64,000 bases of DNA from an uncultured Rivularia sp. (GTDB lineage Bacteria > Cyanobacteriota > Cyanobacteriia > Cyanobacteriales > Nostocaceae), in the NCBI GenBank assembly GCA_963665115.1, contig OY762007.1, positions 7,776,001 to 7,840,000 of the forward strand. Direction: 5' to 3'. How positions within the stretch are numbered: position 1 is the first letter of the stretch; every line of letters begins with the position of its first letter. A program made the position numbers and the translations under genes. This document shows, piece by piece, positions 9,115-20,026 of the stretch. The notes under the pieces are model-generated. The model made no database searches. It was not told where the DNA came from and saw only the letters and a program-made list of their open reading frames with translations.

Positions 9115-12100
9115 ATGAGTACCGTTTTATACCCTCACGCTCAGGCTGTAAATATCTACCCCGCATCAGATTTGTTTTTGCGCCATCGCCTACAAATCGT
9201 AGAGGAAGTGTGGGAATTGGTTCTCCGCGAAGAATGCGGACAACAAATGGTGGATCTCCTCAAACAGTTACGCGATTTATGTTCTCCAGAAGGACAAGCA
9301 ACTGATAATCCAGCTTCCTCCGTATTTAGCTTAATTGAAAAATTGAGCATTAACGAAGCAATCAGGGCAGCTCGTGGATTTGCGCTGTATTTCCAGTTAA
9401 TAAATATCGTAGAACAGGATTACGAACAAAAACAGCAATTAACTCGCTATGAAGAAGATGAGGAATCGGGAGATAAGGAAACTTTACCCGATATTATTTA
9501 TTCGAGCAATCAACATCTCGAAGATGCTCATCTTAACAATGGGGTTAATGCAGATTTACTAGTTAAAAGTTGGCAAGCTAAACCCAATATCAAAGATAAA
9601 GGAACGTTTGCCGAACTATTTCCCAAGCTATTTAAACTAAACGTGCCGCCAGCACAAATTCAACGTTTAATTGCACAATTAGACGTGCGTTTAGTGTTTA
9701 CGGCTCATCCTACCGAAATTGTCCGTCCTACCATCCGTGACAAACAGCGGCGAGTAGTGGATTTATTGCAAAAACTTGATTCATCCGAAAAGCGCCCTGG
9801 CAATGCGGCAGCAGGAGTATATTCTTGGGAAACAACCCAACTTCGCTCTCAATTACTTGAAGAGATTCGTTTGTGGTGGCGTACCGATGAGCTACATCAG
9901 TTCAAACCCAGCGTACTTGATGAAGTTGATTACGCACTGCACTACTTCCAAGAAGTATTGTTTGATGCGACTCCTCAACTGTACGAGCGTTTGAAGCACG
10001 CTTTAAATTCAACCTTTGCCAGACTTGAACCTCCCAGCAAAAGCTTTTGTCAATTTGGTTCTTGGGTGGGTTCGGATCGAGACGGCAACCCATCGGTAAC
10101 GCCGGAAATCACCTGGCAGACTGCTTGCTATCAACGCCATATGGTGTTGGAAAAATATATCGAATCTGCTAGGGGATTAATTGAATTATTAAGCATATCG
10201 CTACATTGGAGCGATGTTCTACCGGATCTATTAGAATCCTTAGAAGTGGAACAGTCGCAAATGAGCGAGGTTTACGATGCGTTAGCTTTACGCTATCGTC
10301 AAGAACCTTATCGCTTAAAGCTTGCTTATGTAGTCAAGCGACTGGAAAACACGCAAGAACGCAATTCAGCATTGCAGAAGCGCGAAATTATTAAAGAGGA
10401 CATTGCTCCAATCTACCGTTCTACTTCCGAGTTTTTAGCCGATTTGAGGTTAATTCAACGTAACTTGTCAGAAACGGGTTTAAAGTGTCAGCAGTTAGAA
10501 ACTCTCCTCACTCAAGTTGAAATTTTTGGCTTTAATCTGACTCAATTAGATATTCGGCAAGAATCAACTCGTCACAGCGATGCAATCGGCGAAATTCTCG
10601 AATATTTAGGAATTTTGGAGACAAAATATGACGAATTGCCGGAAGCAGAAAAAATTGCTTGGTTAACTACAGAATTACAAACCAGAAGACCTCTAATTCC
10701 CGCACAGCTACCGTTTACAGACAAAACTAACGAACTTGTTGAAACGATACGCTTAGTGCGATCGCTGCAACAAGAATTTGGCTGCAACATTTGCCAAACT
10801 TACATTATTAGTATGTGCCGCTCTGTCAGCGATGTACTGGAAGTATTGCTGTTAGCCAAAGAAGCAGGACTTTACGATCCTGGAACGGCCATAGGTACAA
10901 TCCGAGTCATCCCCTTATTTGAAACCGTAGAAGATTTACAGCGTTCAAGGCAAGTTATGGGAGACTTGTTTTCGCTTCCTTTGTATCGCGCTTTACTCGC
11001 GGGTGGGTATGAAGCTGTTTCTAAAGCAGAGCAAGCTGAAGAGACAGAGGAGGCAATTTTAAAAGCTTCTTCCTCAGCTTCCACTTTAAATCCCAACTTG
11101 CAGGAAATAATGTTGGGGTATTCCGATAGTAATAAAGACTCGGGTTTCCTCAGCAGTAATTGGGAGATTCATAAAGCCCAGAAATCATTGCAGCAAATTG
11201 CAGAAGAATACGGCTTAGGCGTGCGAATATTTCACGGTCGAGGTGGTTCGGTAGGACGTGGCGGCGGCCCCGCTTACGAAGCGATTTTGGCTCAACCCGG
11301 TAAAAGTATCAATGGGCGAATCAAAATTACCGAACAAGGAGAAGTTTTAGCTTCTAAATACTCCTTGCCAGATTTAGCGTTATACAATCTCGAAACAATT
11401 ACCACCGCAGTAATTCAAGCCAGCTTATTACGCGCCGGGTTTGACGATATCGAACCTTGGAACGAAATTATGGAAGAATTAGCAGCGCGATCGCGTTCCC
11501 ATTATCGAGATTTGATCTACGAGCAACCCGATTTTATTGACTTTTTCAATGAAGTTACCCCCATAGAAGAAATTAGTCAGTTACAAATCAGTTCTCGTCC
11601 CCGCTCGTCGCCCTTCTGGTAAAAAAGGCTTGAGTAGTTTGCGGGCAATCCCTTGGGTATTTAGCTGGACGCAAACTAGATTTTTGCTACCTGCTTGGTA
11701 TGGAGTTGGTACAGCTTTGCAGGAGTTTCTCAATGAAGCCCCTGAAGATCACATACAGTTACTACAGTGCTTTTACAGAAAGTGGCCATTTTTCAAAATG
11801 GTGATTTCCAAAGTAGAAATGACCTTGGCAAAAGTTGATTTACAGATGGGAAGACATTATGTAGACGAACTATCTAAAGCCGAAGATAAGCAACGATTTA
11901 ATGGAGTTTATAACCAAATTTCCAGCGAATACTATCTGACGAAAAATTTAGTTTTGCAAATCACCGGGCATGAAAAGCTCTTAGATGGAGATTTAGTTTT
12001 ACAGCGTTCCGTACAGTTGAGAAATGGGACTATCGTACCTCTAGGATTTATTCAAGTTTCCTTACTCAAACGCTTGCGTGCCAGTAAGAGCAATGCTACT

Positions 12101-12199
12101 TCTGGAGTAATTCACTCCCGTTACAGCAAAGGAGAATTGCTCAGAGGAGCGCTTTTAACTATCAACGGAATCGCTGCTGGAATGAGAAATACTGGTTGA
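9115..12199 (+). CDS. ppc: Phosphoenolpyruvate carboxylase (split by +1 C at 11599-11602, probably an assembly error)
   Basis: [53 protein letters not shown]-terminal GMRNTG; removing one C restores [22 protein letters not shown]. Confidence 0.97.
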
Positions 12200-12226
12200 T
12201 TGGGAATTGGGCATTGGGCATGGGGT

Positions 12227-12337
12227 TTCATGAGTTATAAGTAGCGAGTAGCGAGTAAGTTACCAACCATCGCTTTTTATTATCAACCCAACTGCTCAAT
12301 CATTAATTCCTTACTCACTACTCACTACTCAAAGAAT
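12227..12337. repeat. Dispersed ~110-130-bp element with inverted heptamer arms, copy 1 (copy 2 at 19900..20026)
   Basis: Shared TTCATGAGTTATAAGTAGC start, TTATTATCAACC...CTGCTCAA core and (CTACTCR)n-AAAGAAT end. Confidence 0.8.
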
Positions 12338-12353
12338 TTCCCAAATACCAAAA

Positions 12354-12391
12354 ACTCCGACTTCTAGATCAATTAGGCTAGAAATCGGAGT
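12354..12391. terminator. Hairpin between convergent ppc and pentapeptide gene
   Basis: actccga-cttctag ... ctagaaa-tcggagt stem, A-tract on the left (U-tract for the minus strand). Confidence 0.6.
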
Positions 12392-12502
12392 ATTACAAAC
12401 TATTCTTTTTTACTCGTTTATTTGGTTGTTTAATAGCTAAGCTATTACTTTTCACAAATTGATTACTTACGGGTTTTTCTCAAATTCCCTCGTTAGGTAA
12501 GT

Positions 12503-12958
12503 TTAATCCCAATCTGGAATATTCAAATCTTCTCCACCAACACCAATTCCGGTATGGAATATTTCGGCATCAGCGATATTCATATCTTCCATTGATGCTT
12601 CATATACGTTGGAATCGTAAATTTTAGCGCTGGCTAAATTGGCATCGTTCAAATTAGCTTGCTTGAAATTAACGTTAGTCAAGAATGCCGAAGTTAATTT
12701 AGCATCTTTTAAATTCGCACGAGTCAAGTCAGCACCTTCAAGGTTGGCGTGTTCGAGATTTGCTCCTTGAAGATTCGCTCCTCTTAAATCAGCACCAATC
12801 AGATGCGAGCCGCGTAGATTTGCTCCTGACAAATCACAAGCGACACATTCCCCAGTTTTTAGTAGCTTTTGTACGTGCTGTGGATTTTCAGCTTTTACCA
12901 AGCTAGCGAAAAACAGGGGAGCTACTATTGTTAAAGCGGCCAAAAGTTTCTTAATCAT
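12503..12958 (-). CDS. Exported pentapeptide repeat protein
   Basis: Signal peptide, CVACDLSGANLRGS, A(N/D)LxG repeats. Confidence 0.92.
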   Translation of the reverse strand: MIKKLLAALTIVAPLFFASLVKAENPQHVQKLLKTGECVACDLSGANLRGSHLIGADLRGANLQGANLEHANLEGADLTRANLKDAKLTSAFLTNVNFKQANLNDANLASAKIYDSNVYEASMEDMNIADAEIFHTGIGVGGEDLNIPDWD

Positions 12959-13060
12959 AAAATTTCCCCTTTGCAGTCGAATATCTTCCGTTCATTTCCT
13001 CACGAGTCTATTATCTCACTAAATTACCGGAGTATAAGGATTAACGCCAAAGCTTCATAG

Positions 13061-13075
13061 TGAGAATCATTTTCA
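13061..13075. promoter_or_regulatory. Candidate Fur-family (Fur/Zur/PerR) 7-1-7 box
   Basis: TGAGAAT-C-ATTTTCA matches TGATAAT-N-ATTATCA at 12/14 positions; ~100 nt upstream of the pentapeptide start. Confidence 0.35.
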
Positions 13076-13977
13076 CCTTAGCTTATAAGTAAGAAAATGG
13101 TTGACCAAACTACATAATAGCAAGGTTTTCAATCATTTTTGTATCCGGAAAGTCTTGATTCCTTGATGTAAATTTTTATTAATTGCGAAGAAATACTAGT
13201 ATAATTTAATTTTATCTAATCAAAAAAATAGAACTAGTTTTTACGCTTCTGGAGTATGCAGCTTAGTTGATGTTAGACAGAGGCAAACGGCAAACCTTCA
13301 TTCCGAGTAGTAAAGATAACTCCACGTAGCAACAAGGGTGGAATCATCATTAGGTTTTAATACCTTCCCAAATCTACCAAAAATAGCAAAGCTAGCTTTT
13401 TACTAATTATTCTACAAATCATAAATTTACTAAATATTTGCTAAAAAAAGAATATAGTACATATATTCTGCACCGAATAAGTTCGTTTTTCCAAGTTAGA
13501 AAGTTAATCTTTTAGCAGGAGGAAAGTAATGCATTTTTTAAGTGGCAAAGGTAAATAATGTGATGGCTTGAGCCAGTAAATTACTTTTTCGACAATGTAT
13601 AGATCGTAAACACAATATTAGTAAATTAATCTGTGCAAAGCTAATTATTTTTATTTCAAAACTTTAAAAAAGCAACAATTTAATCTTTAATAAAGTAAAC
13701 CTTTATTGAATAAGTTGTGAAGAAATTAATCGGGGTAATTCTGCTTAACTGAATATTAAATAAAGACTTTGCAATTACAAAGTATCTACACCTTTTATCT
13801 AAAGAAGAGATGGTGGTGGTAAAATCATCTTTCTAGTCTCAAGCGAACTGTTCGGCTCCGACTACAAAAAATAATTGGAAGTTTACTTTTATAAATTACT
13901 CTTCGATAAACTACCTGTTCTCGAATTTAGTTCAAAATTAAGAGTTATTATACTTTTAATCTCTAACCTTCGATCTA

Positions 13978-15006
13978 ATGCCTATACTTACCGAACAATT
14001 AATAGAAAACGACATCCCAGAACAGAGTTTGATATCAGAAGCGCTTGCAGATAAATCGCGAGCAAAAGCTTTTGACATAACACCTGAAAATGTAGAAGAA
14101 ACTATATACAAACGCTGGAAGTTGCTAAAGTCTATTTATCCGGCTTTTAAAGAATTGTGTCAAACTGATTTACAAATATCTTCTAATGCCGTATTGCCAA
14201 TATTATGGGATTTATGGCTACCTTTAGCAATAAAAATTGCATCGCGACATCAACAACTTCAACGTCCTTTTATACAGGGAATTTTAGGTGGACAAGGAAC
14301 TGGCAAAACCACAACTTGTAAAATTATTAGTTTAATTTTGTCGCATTTAAAATACCGTACCTTGAGTTTGTCTATAGATGACTTATATAAAACATATCAA
14401 GCACGTTTAATTTTACAACAACAAGACCCCCGTTTGATTTGGCGGGGGCCACCGGGAACTCACGATGTTGATTTGGGGTTAAATGTTTTGGACAATATTC
14501 TTCAGCGAGAAACTACTATAACAGTACCTCGCTTCAATAAATCGCTACATTCTGGAAATGGCGATCGCACTTTACCAGAAACGGCAGAGAATATTGACGT
14601 TGTGTTATTTGAAGGTTGGTTTGTAGGAGTTTGTCCAATAGATTCAGCAGCATTTAATACTCCACCATTACCGATTGTTACGACAGCGGATAAAGCATTT
14701 GCCAAAGATATGAACGATAAACTCCATGACTATCTCCCATTGTGGCAACGTTTGGATAGCTTAATCGTGCTGTATCCCCAAGATTACCGTTTTTCCTTAG
14801 AATGGCGCAAACAAGCAGAACATCAGATGAAAGCCAGCGGAAAAACTGGAATGACAGACTTACAAATAGAAGAATTCGTAAATTACTTTTGGAAAACACT
14901 GCACCCAGAATTATTCATCAAACCATTAATAAAATCTTCATCAGTTGATTTAGTAATTGAAATTAATCCTAATCATAGCTATGGAAAAGTTTATAAATGT
15001 AGTTAG
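13978..15006 (+). CDS. Plant-type (GLYK) D-glycerate 3-kinase
   Basis: P-loop GGQGTGKT, LSIDDLY, RGPPGTHD, PRFNKS..GDR, FEGWFVG, WRKQAE. Confidence 0.85.
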   Translation: MPILTEQLIENDIPEQSLISEALADKSRAKAFDITPENVEETIYKRWKLLKSIYPAFKELCQTDLQISSNAVLPILWDLWLPLAIKIASRHQQLQRPFIQGILGGQGTGKTTTCKIISLILSHLKYRTLSLSIDDLYKTYQARLILQQQDPRLIWRGPPGTHDVDLGLNVLDNILQRETTITVPRFNKSLHSGNGDRTLPETAENIDVVLFEGWFVGVCPIDSAAFNTPPLPIVTTADKAFAKDMNDKLHDYLPLWQRLDSLIVLYPQDYRFSLEWRKQAEHQMKASGKTGMTDLQIEEFVNYFWKTLHPELFIKPLIKSSSVDLVIEINPNHSYGKVYKCS

Positions 15007-15061
15007 GAGTTAGGAGTTAGGAATTGGAAGTTAGGAGTTAGGAGTTATAAATTATTCAATG

Positions 15062-15244
15062 GGGAGCATCCCAATTTCGCAAAAAGCCTACAGGCTAGAA
15101 GCCTGGGGCTAATACTACGAAGCCCACCTTCGTGGGCTAATAACTCTCGTCTCGTATCGTAGCCCACCTTCGTGGGCTTTGTTTTTGTAGCCGCACCCTG
15201 TAAGGGTGTCGGATAAAGTATTTATTCAAAATTGGGATGCTCCC
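15062..15244. mobile_element. 183-bp MITE with 16-bp perfect TIR and 8-bp target-site duplication
   Basis: GGGAGCATCCCAATTT ... AAATTGGGATGCTCCC flanked by ATTCAATG at 15054-15061 and 15245-15252. Confidence 0.9.
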
Positions 15245-15289
15245 ATTCAATGCCCAATTCCCCATCCCCAATTTCCCATCCCCAATTCC

Positions 15290-16726
15290 CTATTCCCGAA
15301 TCTCTTTCAATAGATCGTTAAAAGGTTGCCAGTTATCTTCTTGAGCAATTGATTGCCAAACTGATTCAATAACAGGTCTTAATATGACTGTTTGAGGGTT
15401 AGAGTCTTTTAAGATTTTAGCAATATTATCCATATCATCGGTTGCCATAGTATTCAATATTCTGTGATAAACTCCTGCCCAATTAAAGAATAATTCCGAT
15501 GAACCTAAAGATTGCTTGATCTCGGAACCTTCTAAGATATAGCTAGCATCATCTTGCCATTTGTGAGAAAAAGTTGCGGCCATGTCAGCATAAAAATGGT
15601 GGTAGCTGATGGGATAATGTTTAAGGAAATCAATTGTTGCTTTTAAGATTTCGTCGGTTTCTTGTTGCGGTAATTCTTGGTTGAATCCCAATTTTTTCAA
15701 CATTAATAAGCGGTAATTGCCCAAGAAATATTTACCGAATTTTATCAATCCAGCATCCATATCAGATTTATCAATTACAGCCTTTAATGCTTCTTGAAGC
15801 ATCTCCAAATTCCACATACAAATATCCGGCTGGTGGATGTAAGAGTAGCGGCTGTAATGATCGAAGTACGCTGCGGTAAAATGCGGATCGTAAGTAGGAA
15901 TAAATGCATAGGGACCGTAATCAAAACTTTCCCCAGTAATCGACATATTATCAGTATTTAACACCGCATGACAAAAACCAGCCGCCATCCATTGTGCGGC
16001 TAATTTTGCGACTCTTTCTACTAATTCCGCATAAAATAAAGCATATTTTTCTTGCTCGCTAAGTAAATGCGGGTAGTAAACCTCTATTACATGGTCTAAC
16101 AGCTTTTTAGTTAAATCCGGACGCTTTAAATAATTTAAACGTTCAAAAGTACCAAAGCGAATATGAGAACGGTTCATCCTTACCATTACCGATGAACGAG
16201 TTGGGGAAGGCTCATCACCCCGCCACAACTGCACTCCCGTTTCAATCAAGCTCATACACCTGGAAGTGCGTACACCCATACGATGCAGCATTTCCCCCGC
16301 TAATACTTCTCTCATTCCACCTTTAAGAGTAAGCATTCCATCCCCACCACGGGAATAAGGTGTTCTACCGGAACCTTTAGTACCGAAATCATAAAGTTCG
16401 CCATCGATTCCACGTACTTGTCCGTAAAGAAAACCTCTACCATCGCCCAATCTGGGGTTATATTCACCAAATTGATAGCCGTGGTAGCGCATTGCCAGAA
16501 GAGGGTTACGCTGCTCAAATTTACCAAAAGCTTGAATAAAATCTCCGTCAGTTACCTCTTGGGGATTCAACCCTAAAAGCGTAAGCAGCGCATTATTGCG
16601 GAAGCGGAGTTTATGAAGGGAAAATTCCTCCGCAGCAACTTCATCGGAATAGTCCGAACCTAAAGATTCAAAAGCAGGTTCGTAGTTGAGGTTAAGTAAG
16701 GGGTTGGTAGTTTCAGCCAGAGTCAT
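15290..16726 (-). CDS. selO: Protein adenylyltransferase SelO/YdiU family
   Basis: [51 protein letters not shown]. Confidence 0.93.
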   Translation of the reverse strand: MTLAETTNPLLNLNYEPAFESLGSDYSDEVAAEEFSLHKLRFRNNALLTLLGLNPQEVTDGDFIQAFGKFEQRNPLLAMRYHGYQFGEYNPRLGDGRGFLYGQVRGIDGELYDFGTKGSGRTPYSRGGDGMLTLKGGMREVLAGEMLHRMGVRTSRCMSLIETGVQLWRGDEPSPTRSSVMVRMNRSHIRFGTFERLNYLKRPDLTKKLLDHVIEVYYPHLLSEQEKYALFYAELVERVAKLAAQWMAAGFCHAVLNTDNMSITGESFDYGPYAFIPTYDPHFTAAYFDHYSRYSYIHQPDICMWNLEMLQEALKAVIDKSDMDAGLIKFGKYFLGNYRLLMLKKLGFNQELPQQETDEILKATIDFLKHYPISYHHFYADMAATFSHKWQDDASYILEGSEIKQSLGSSELFFNWAGVYHRILNTMATDDMDNIAKILKDSNPQTVILRPVIESVWQSIAQEDNWQPFNDLLKEIRE

Positions 16727-16865
16727 TACCAGTACGGGTAAGTTTGCCATTCCCTTAATGGTACATCTGAGAGGAAGATTGGGGGAAGGGGGATGGGGAG
16801 ATGGGGGGATGAGGAGATATTTATAAAATGATTTTGTATTAGAGGCGAAAGATTAAATTTTGATA

Positions 16866-16928
16866 GGTTCGTAGTAAGGAATTTATTCCTTTAATCTGAA
16901 AAAGGTATTAAAGTGCTTACTACAAACC
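16866..16928. repeat. REP-like doublet CGTAGTAAG...CTTACTAC (related copies 39225..39249, 55036..55085, 58517..58571, half copy ~2452..2477)
   Basis: Inverted ends ggttcgtagtaag / cttactacaaacc with internal small palindromes. Confidence 0.7.
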
Positions 16929-17009
16929 TTTTTATTAGATAAAGAAAAAGACGTTGCACTGCAACGTCTCTACATAATTAATTATTCATAATATAAATTA
17001 GCCGATGAA

Positions 17010-17411
17010 TTAATTCCCAACAATAGCATTAATTCTCTGCCGAGAAGTTTTAACTATTGATTGAATGCGAGATTTTTGACTTGGCGTTAATCTCATAGAT
17101 CTGAGTAGCTTTGTTCTTCCCTGACGAGTTTTTAAAGATTGCATAATATCACTGCGCTGCGCTCTAGTTAACACATTGGTAATTTGTGTAAATGCTTCAT
17201 CTTGAACAGCATCTACTTTTTTCTTCTGTTGCGGAGTAAGTCTTTTATAAACACGCGGTAATGTATATCCTGCTGCTTGTATTGTCAGCGGAATTAAAAT
17301 AAATCTAGGTATTATTGCTTCAGCTTTTTTAGCGGAAATTCCAGTTAAGGATATGCTAATCATGGCAGCACTAAAAAAAACTGACAGACGCTTGGCGGAT
17401 TTACTAAACAT
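17010..17411 (-). CDS. Exported basic protein with Spy/CpxP-like LTxxQ motifs
   Basis: Signal peptide; LTPQQ, LTRAQ, LTPSQ. Confidence 0.65.
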   Translation of the reverse strand: MFSKSAKRLSVFFSAAMISISLTGISAKKAEAIIPRFILIPLTIQAAGYTLPRVYKRLTPQQKKKVDAVQDEAFTQITNVLTRAQRSDIMQSLKTRQGRTKLLRSMRLTPSQKSRIQSIVKTSRQRINAIVGN

Positions 17412-17441
17412 TGAGAAAAACCCCTTAATTAATTTTGGATT

Positions 17442-18020
17442 TTAGATTGTGGATTTTGGATTTGTCAACTTATGATTTGTCAAACTTGTCAAAATATGGT
17501 CTTGCCATTGATTATTAATTAATAAATAATCCCTAGCATAACCTTCAACTACAAATCCTAACCTCTTGAGCAGATTACCGCTACTTTGATTGTGAGGCAT
17601 ATAATTTGCCATTATGCGATGCATTTTTAATTCTTCAAACACATAATCAATGCTCGCTTCTAAGGCTTCTGTCATATAACCTTTACCTTGTTCTTTTTCT
17701 GCCAAACTGTAACCTACAGTACAGAATTGTGCCACACCCCGGATAAAGTTACGGAAATTAATTATTCCAATTATTGTAGATTCGTTTTCAGAAAAAATCA
17801 GTAGCCTTAATGATTGTCCTTTGATAAATTCGCTCGTTGCGACTTCTACTTCACTATGCCAATATTTTGCGGTAAAAAAAGTTTCTGACCATGCAGGATA
17901 AAAAGGAGTAAGATAAGCTTTATTGTCTGTATAATATTTGAGAATATCAGCTACATCATCCTGAATAGCCAATCGTAATAATAGACGTTTGGTAACAATG
18001 TGCGGTTTTTGCAATTGCAT
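17442..18020 (-). CDS. rimJ: RimJ-like GNAT acetyltransferase
   Basis: TKRLLLR, VGYSLAEKEQGKGYMTEAL, MHRIMANYMPHNQSS, EGYARDYLLINNQWQDH. Confidence 0.85.
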   Translation of the reverse strand: MQLQKPHIVTKRLLLRLAIQDDVADILKYYTDNKAYLTPFYPAWSETFFTAKYWHSEVEVATSEFIKGQSLRLLIFSENESTIIGIINFRNFIRGVAQFCTVGYSLAEKEQGKGYMTEALEASIDYVFEELKMHRIMANYMPHNQSSGNLLKRLGFVVEGYARDYLLINNQWQDHILTSLTNHKLTNPKSTI

Positions 18021-18417
18021 TAGATCCTTTTCCTACGGTTAATTGATCTACCGAATTATCAAATCCTTTGATAAAAATAATAATTTTGATTGTCAATAAT
18101 ATAATACAAGCTGTTATCAATAAAAATAAATATTTATCAGTATTTTGAGCAGATTCAACCAAATGAATTATAAATTTTTAATTTTCAACCGTGGGGGAAA
18201 ATAGCTACCTCATTTAAATTATTCGGTTGTGCTATATATTTCATCTAATTCGATCGTTACCGTTTATTGTGTGCTGATGAATTAAGTAACATCAAAAATG
18301 TAGTCCATTTTACTTTTTATGTCGAGTTAATTGTTTACCTTTAATAATTTATAAGAGGATAAAAAAAAGTAGGATGAGTTATGAAGATAGATCGGGAGAT
18401 CTGGTAATTAATAGAAC

Positions 18418-18528
18418 CTAGTACCGCTGCGCGGAAGTAAAAAGTCAAAAGTAAGAAGTAAAAAGTATTATGTGATAAGGCTTTCAAACTTTTTAAATGG
18501 GTGCTTTATTTACGCCGTACTGTACTAG
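18418..18528. mobile_element. MITE-like element bounded by CTAG and imperfect ~24-bp TIRs
   Basis: Left CTAGTACCGCTGCGCGGAAGTAAA versus reverse complement of right end CTAGTACAGTACGGCGTAAATAAA; internal (AAAAGTM)n heptamers. Confidence 0.65.
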
Positions 18529-18641
18529 TATTTCACTGCTCGCTGCTCCCTGTTCGCAGCAATAGTTAATAATTGAGATACATCTGCGCCTTGGGGCAAG
18601 TAATAACTGATAATTGATAATTGTTCATTGATAACTATAAA

Positions 18642-19635
18642 ATGGGAATACGCTACGATTGGCAAGAAGCAGAAATACGCGCAATATACGATATGCCTTT
18701 GCTGGAGTTGATCTATCAAGCTGCTAGCATACATCGTCAGCATCACGATTCAAGAAAGATACAGGTTTGTAAGCTGGTATCAATTAAAACTGGTGCTTGT
18801 CCAGAAGATTGCAGCTACTGCGCTCAATCTTCCCGTTACAAAACAGAAGTTAAGCCGGAATCTCTTTTAGATAAACAAACAGTAGTTGACATTGCAAAAC
18901 AAGCTAAAGAAAGCGGTGTCAGCCGAGTTTGTATGGGTGCTGCTTGGCGCGAAGTACGGGATAACTCCCAATTCGAGCAAGTCTTGGATATGGTAAAAGA
19001 TGTGACAGCACTAGATTTAGAAGTATGCTGCACTTTAGGAATGCTCAACGAATCGCAGGCTAAGCGTTTGGAAGATGCGGGGCTTTACGCTTATAACCAT
19101 AACCTCGATACTTCACAAGACTATTACAGCACCATTATTACCACTCGAAACTTATGGCGATCGCCTCAAAACCATCGACAATGTTCGACAAACCAACGTA
19201 ACTGTATGTTCCGGTGGTATTCTCGGTTTAGGCGAAAGTGTTGACGATAGAGTTTCCATGTTAAAAACTTTATCCAACCTGCAACCCCATCCCGAATCCG
19301 TACCAATCAACATACTTTCTCAAGTTGAAGGTACCCCATTAGAAAACCAGCCCGATGTCCCCGTCTGGGAAATAATCCGGGCGATCGCCACCGCTCGTAT
19401 TGTCATGCCAAGCTCCGACGTGCGCTTGAGTGCAGGTAGATCGAGACTTTCTCAAATGGAACAAGCAATGTGCTTCATGGCAGGTGCAAACTCCATCTTT
19501 TCCAGCGACGACGGAAAGATGCTAACCATCACCACACCTTGTCCAGGATATGATACCGATAAACAAATGTTAGACTTGCTCGGCTTAGAGCCGCGAGAGC
19601 CAGTGAATCGGAAAGAATTGTCCGCTAGCAGGTAG
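18642..19635 (+). CDS. bioB: Biotin synthase (split by +1 A at 19148-19150, probably an assembly error)
   Basis: Radical [48 protein letters not shown]. Confidence 0.96.
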
Positions 19636-19722
19636 GGAGAGGGGGGAGGGGGAAGAGGAGACAAGGGGAAAAACTCCTAACTATTCCCAATCCCCCATGC
19701 CCAATCCCCCATGCCCAAATTA

Positions 19723-19818
19723 TTAAAGTATCTTAGCTGCACGTAAGCCGAAGAGTAAACCAGCAGCGATGCCGATAAACAAAACCAAGAATCCAATATA
19801 CGAAACTATAGCTAGCAT
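19723..19818 (-). CDS. petL: Cytochrome b6f subunit PetL (31 aa; below the ORF-track cutoff)
   Basis: [38 protein letters not shown] upstream; single TM helix with the L..K(I/L) tail of PetL. Confidence 0.88.
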   Translation of the reverse strand: MLAIVSYIGFLVLFIGIAAGLLFGLRAAKIL

Positions 19819-19899
19819 TTACTTTTCTCCACAATCGTTCAATTATCTATAAATATATTGAAGCATTTGTTATGGGGCATTGGGAATGGGGCATTGTGC

Positions 19900-20026
19900 T
19901 TCATGAGTTATAAGTAGCAAGTAGTGAGTAGTGAGTAAATTACAAATAATTCTTATTATCAACCGGGCTGCTCAACCATTCATTCTTACTTGCTACTCGC
20001 TACTCGTTACTCGCTACTTAAAGAAT
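19900..20026. repeat. Dispersed element with inverted heptamer arms, copy 2
   Basis: Aligns to 12227..12337 with more arm repeats. Confidence 0.8.

Noticed and set aside
11599..11602. Programmed frameshifting or true pseudogenisation of ppc (likewise bioB, wzc, hglB)
   Set aside because: Single extra bases in short runs across unrelated genes with otherwise intact motifs fit assembly error better; no slippery heptamer plus structure seen.
13270..13360. Possible c-di-GMP-I riboswitch (GGCAAAC motifs)
   Set aside because: Could not find the GAAA tetraloop, receptor or P1/P2 pairing; needs an Rfam scan.
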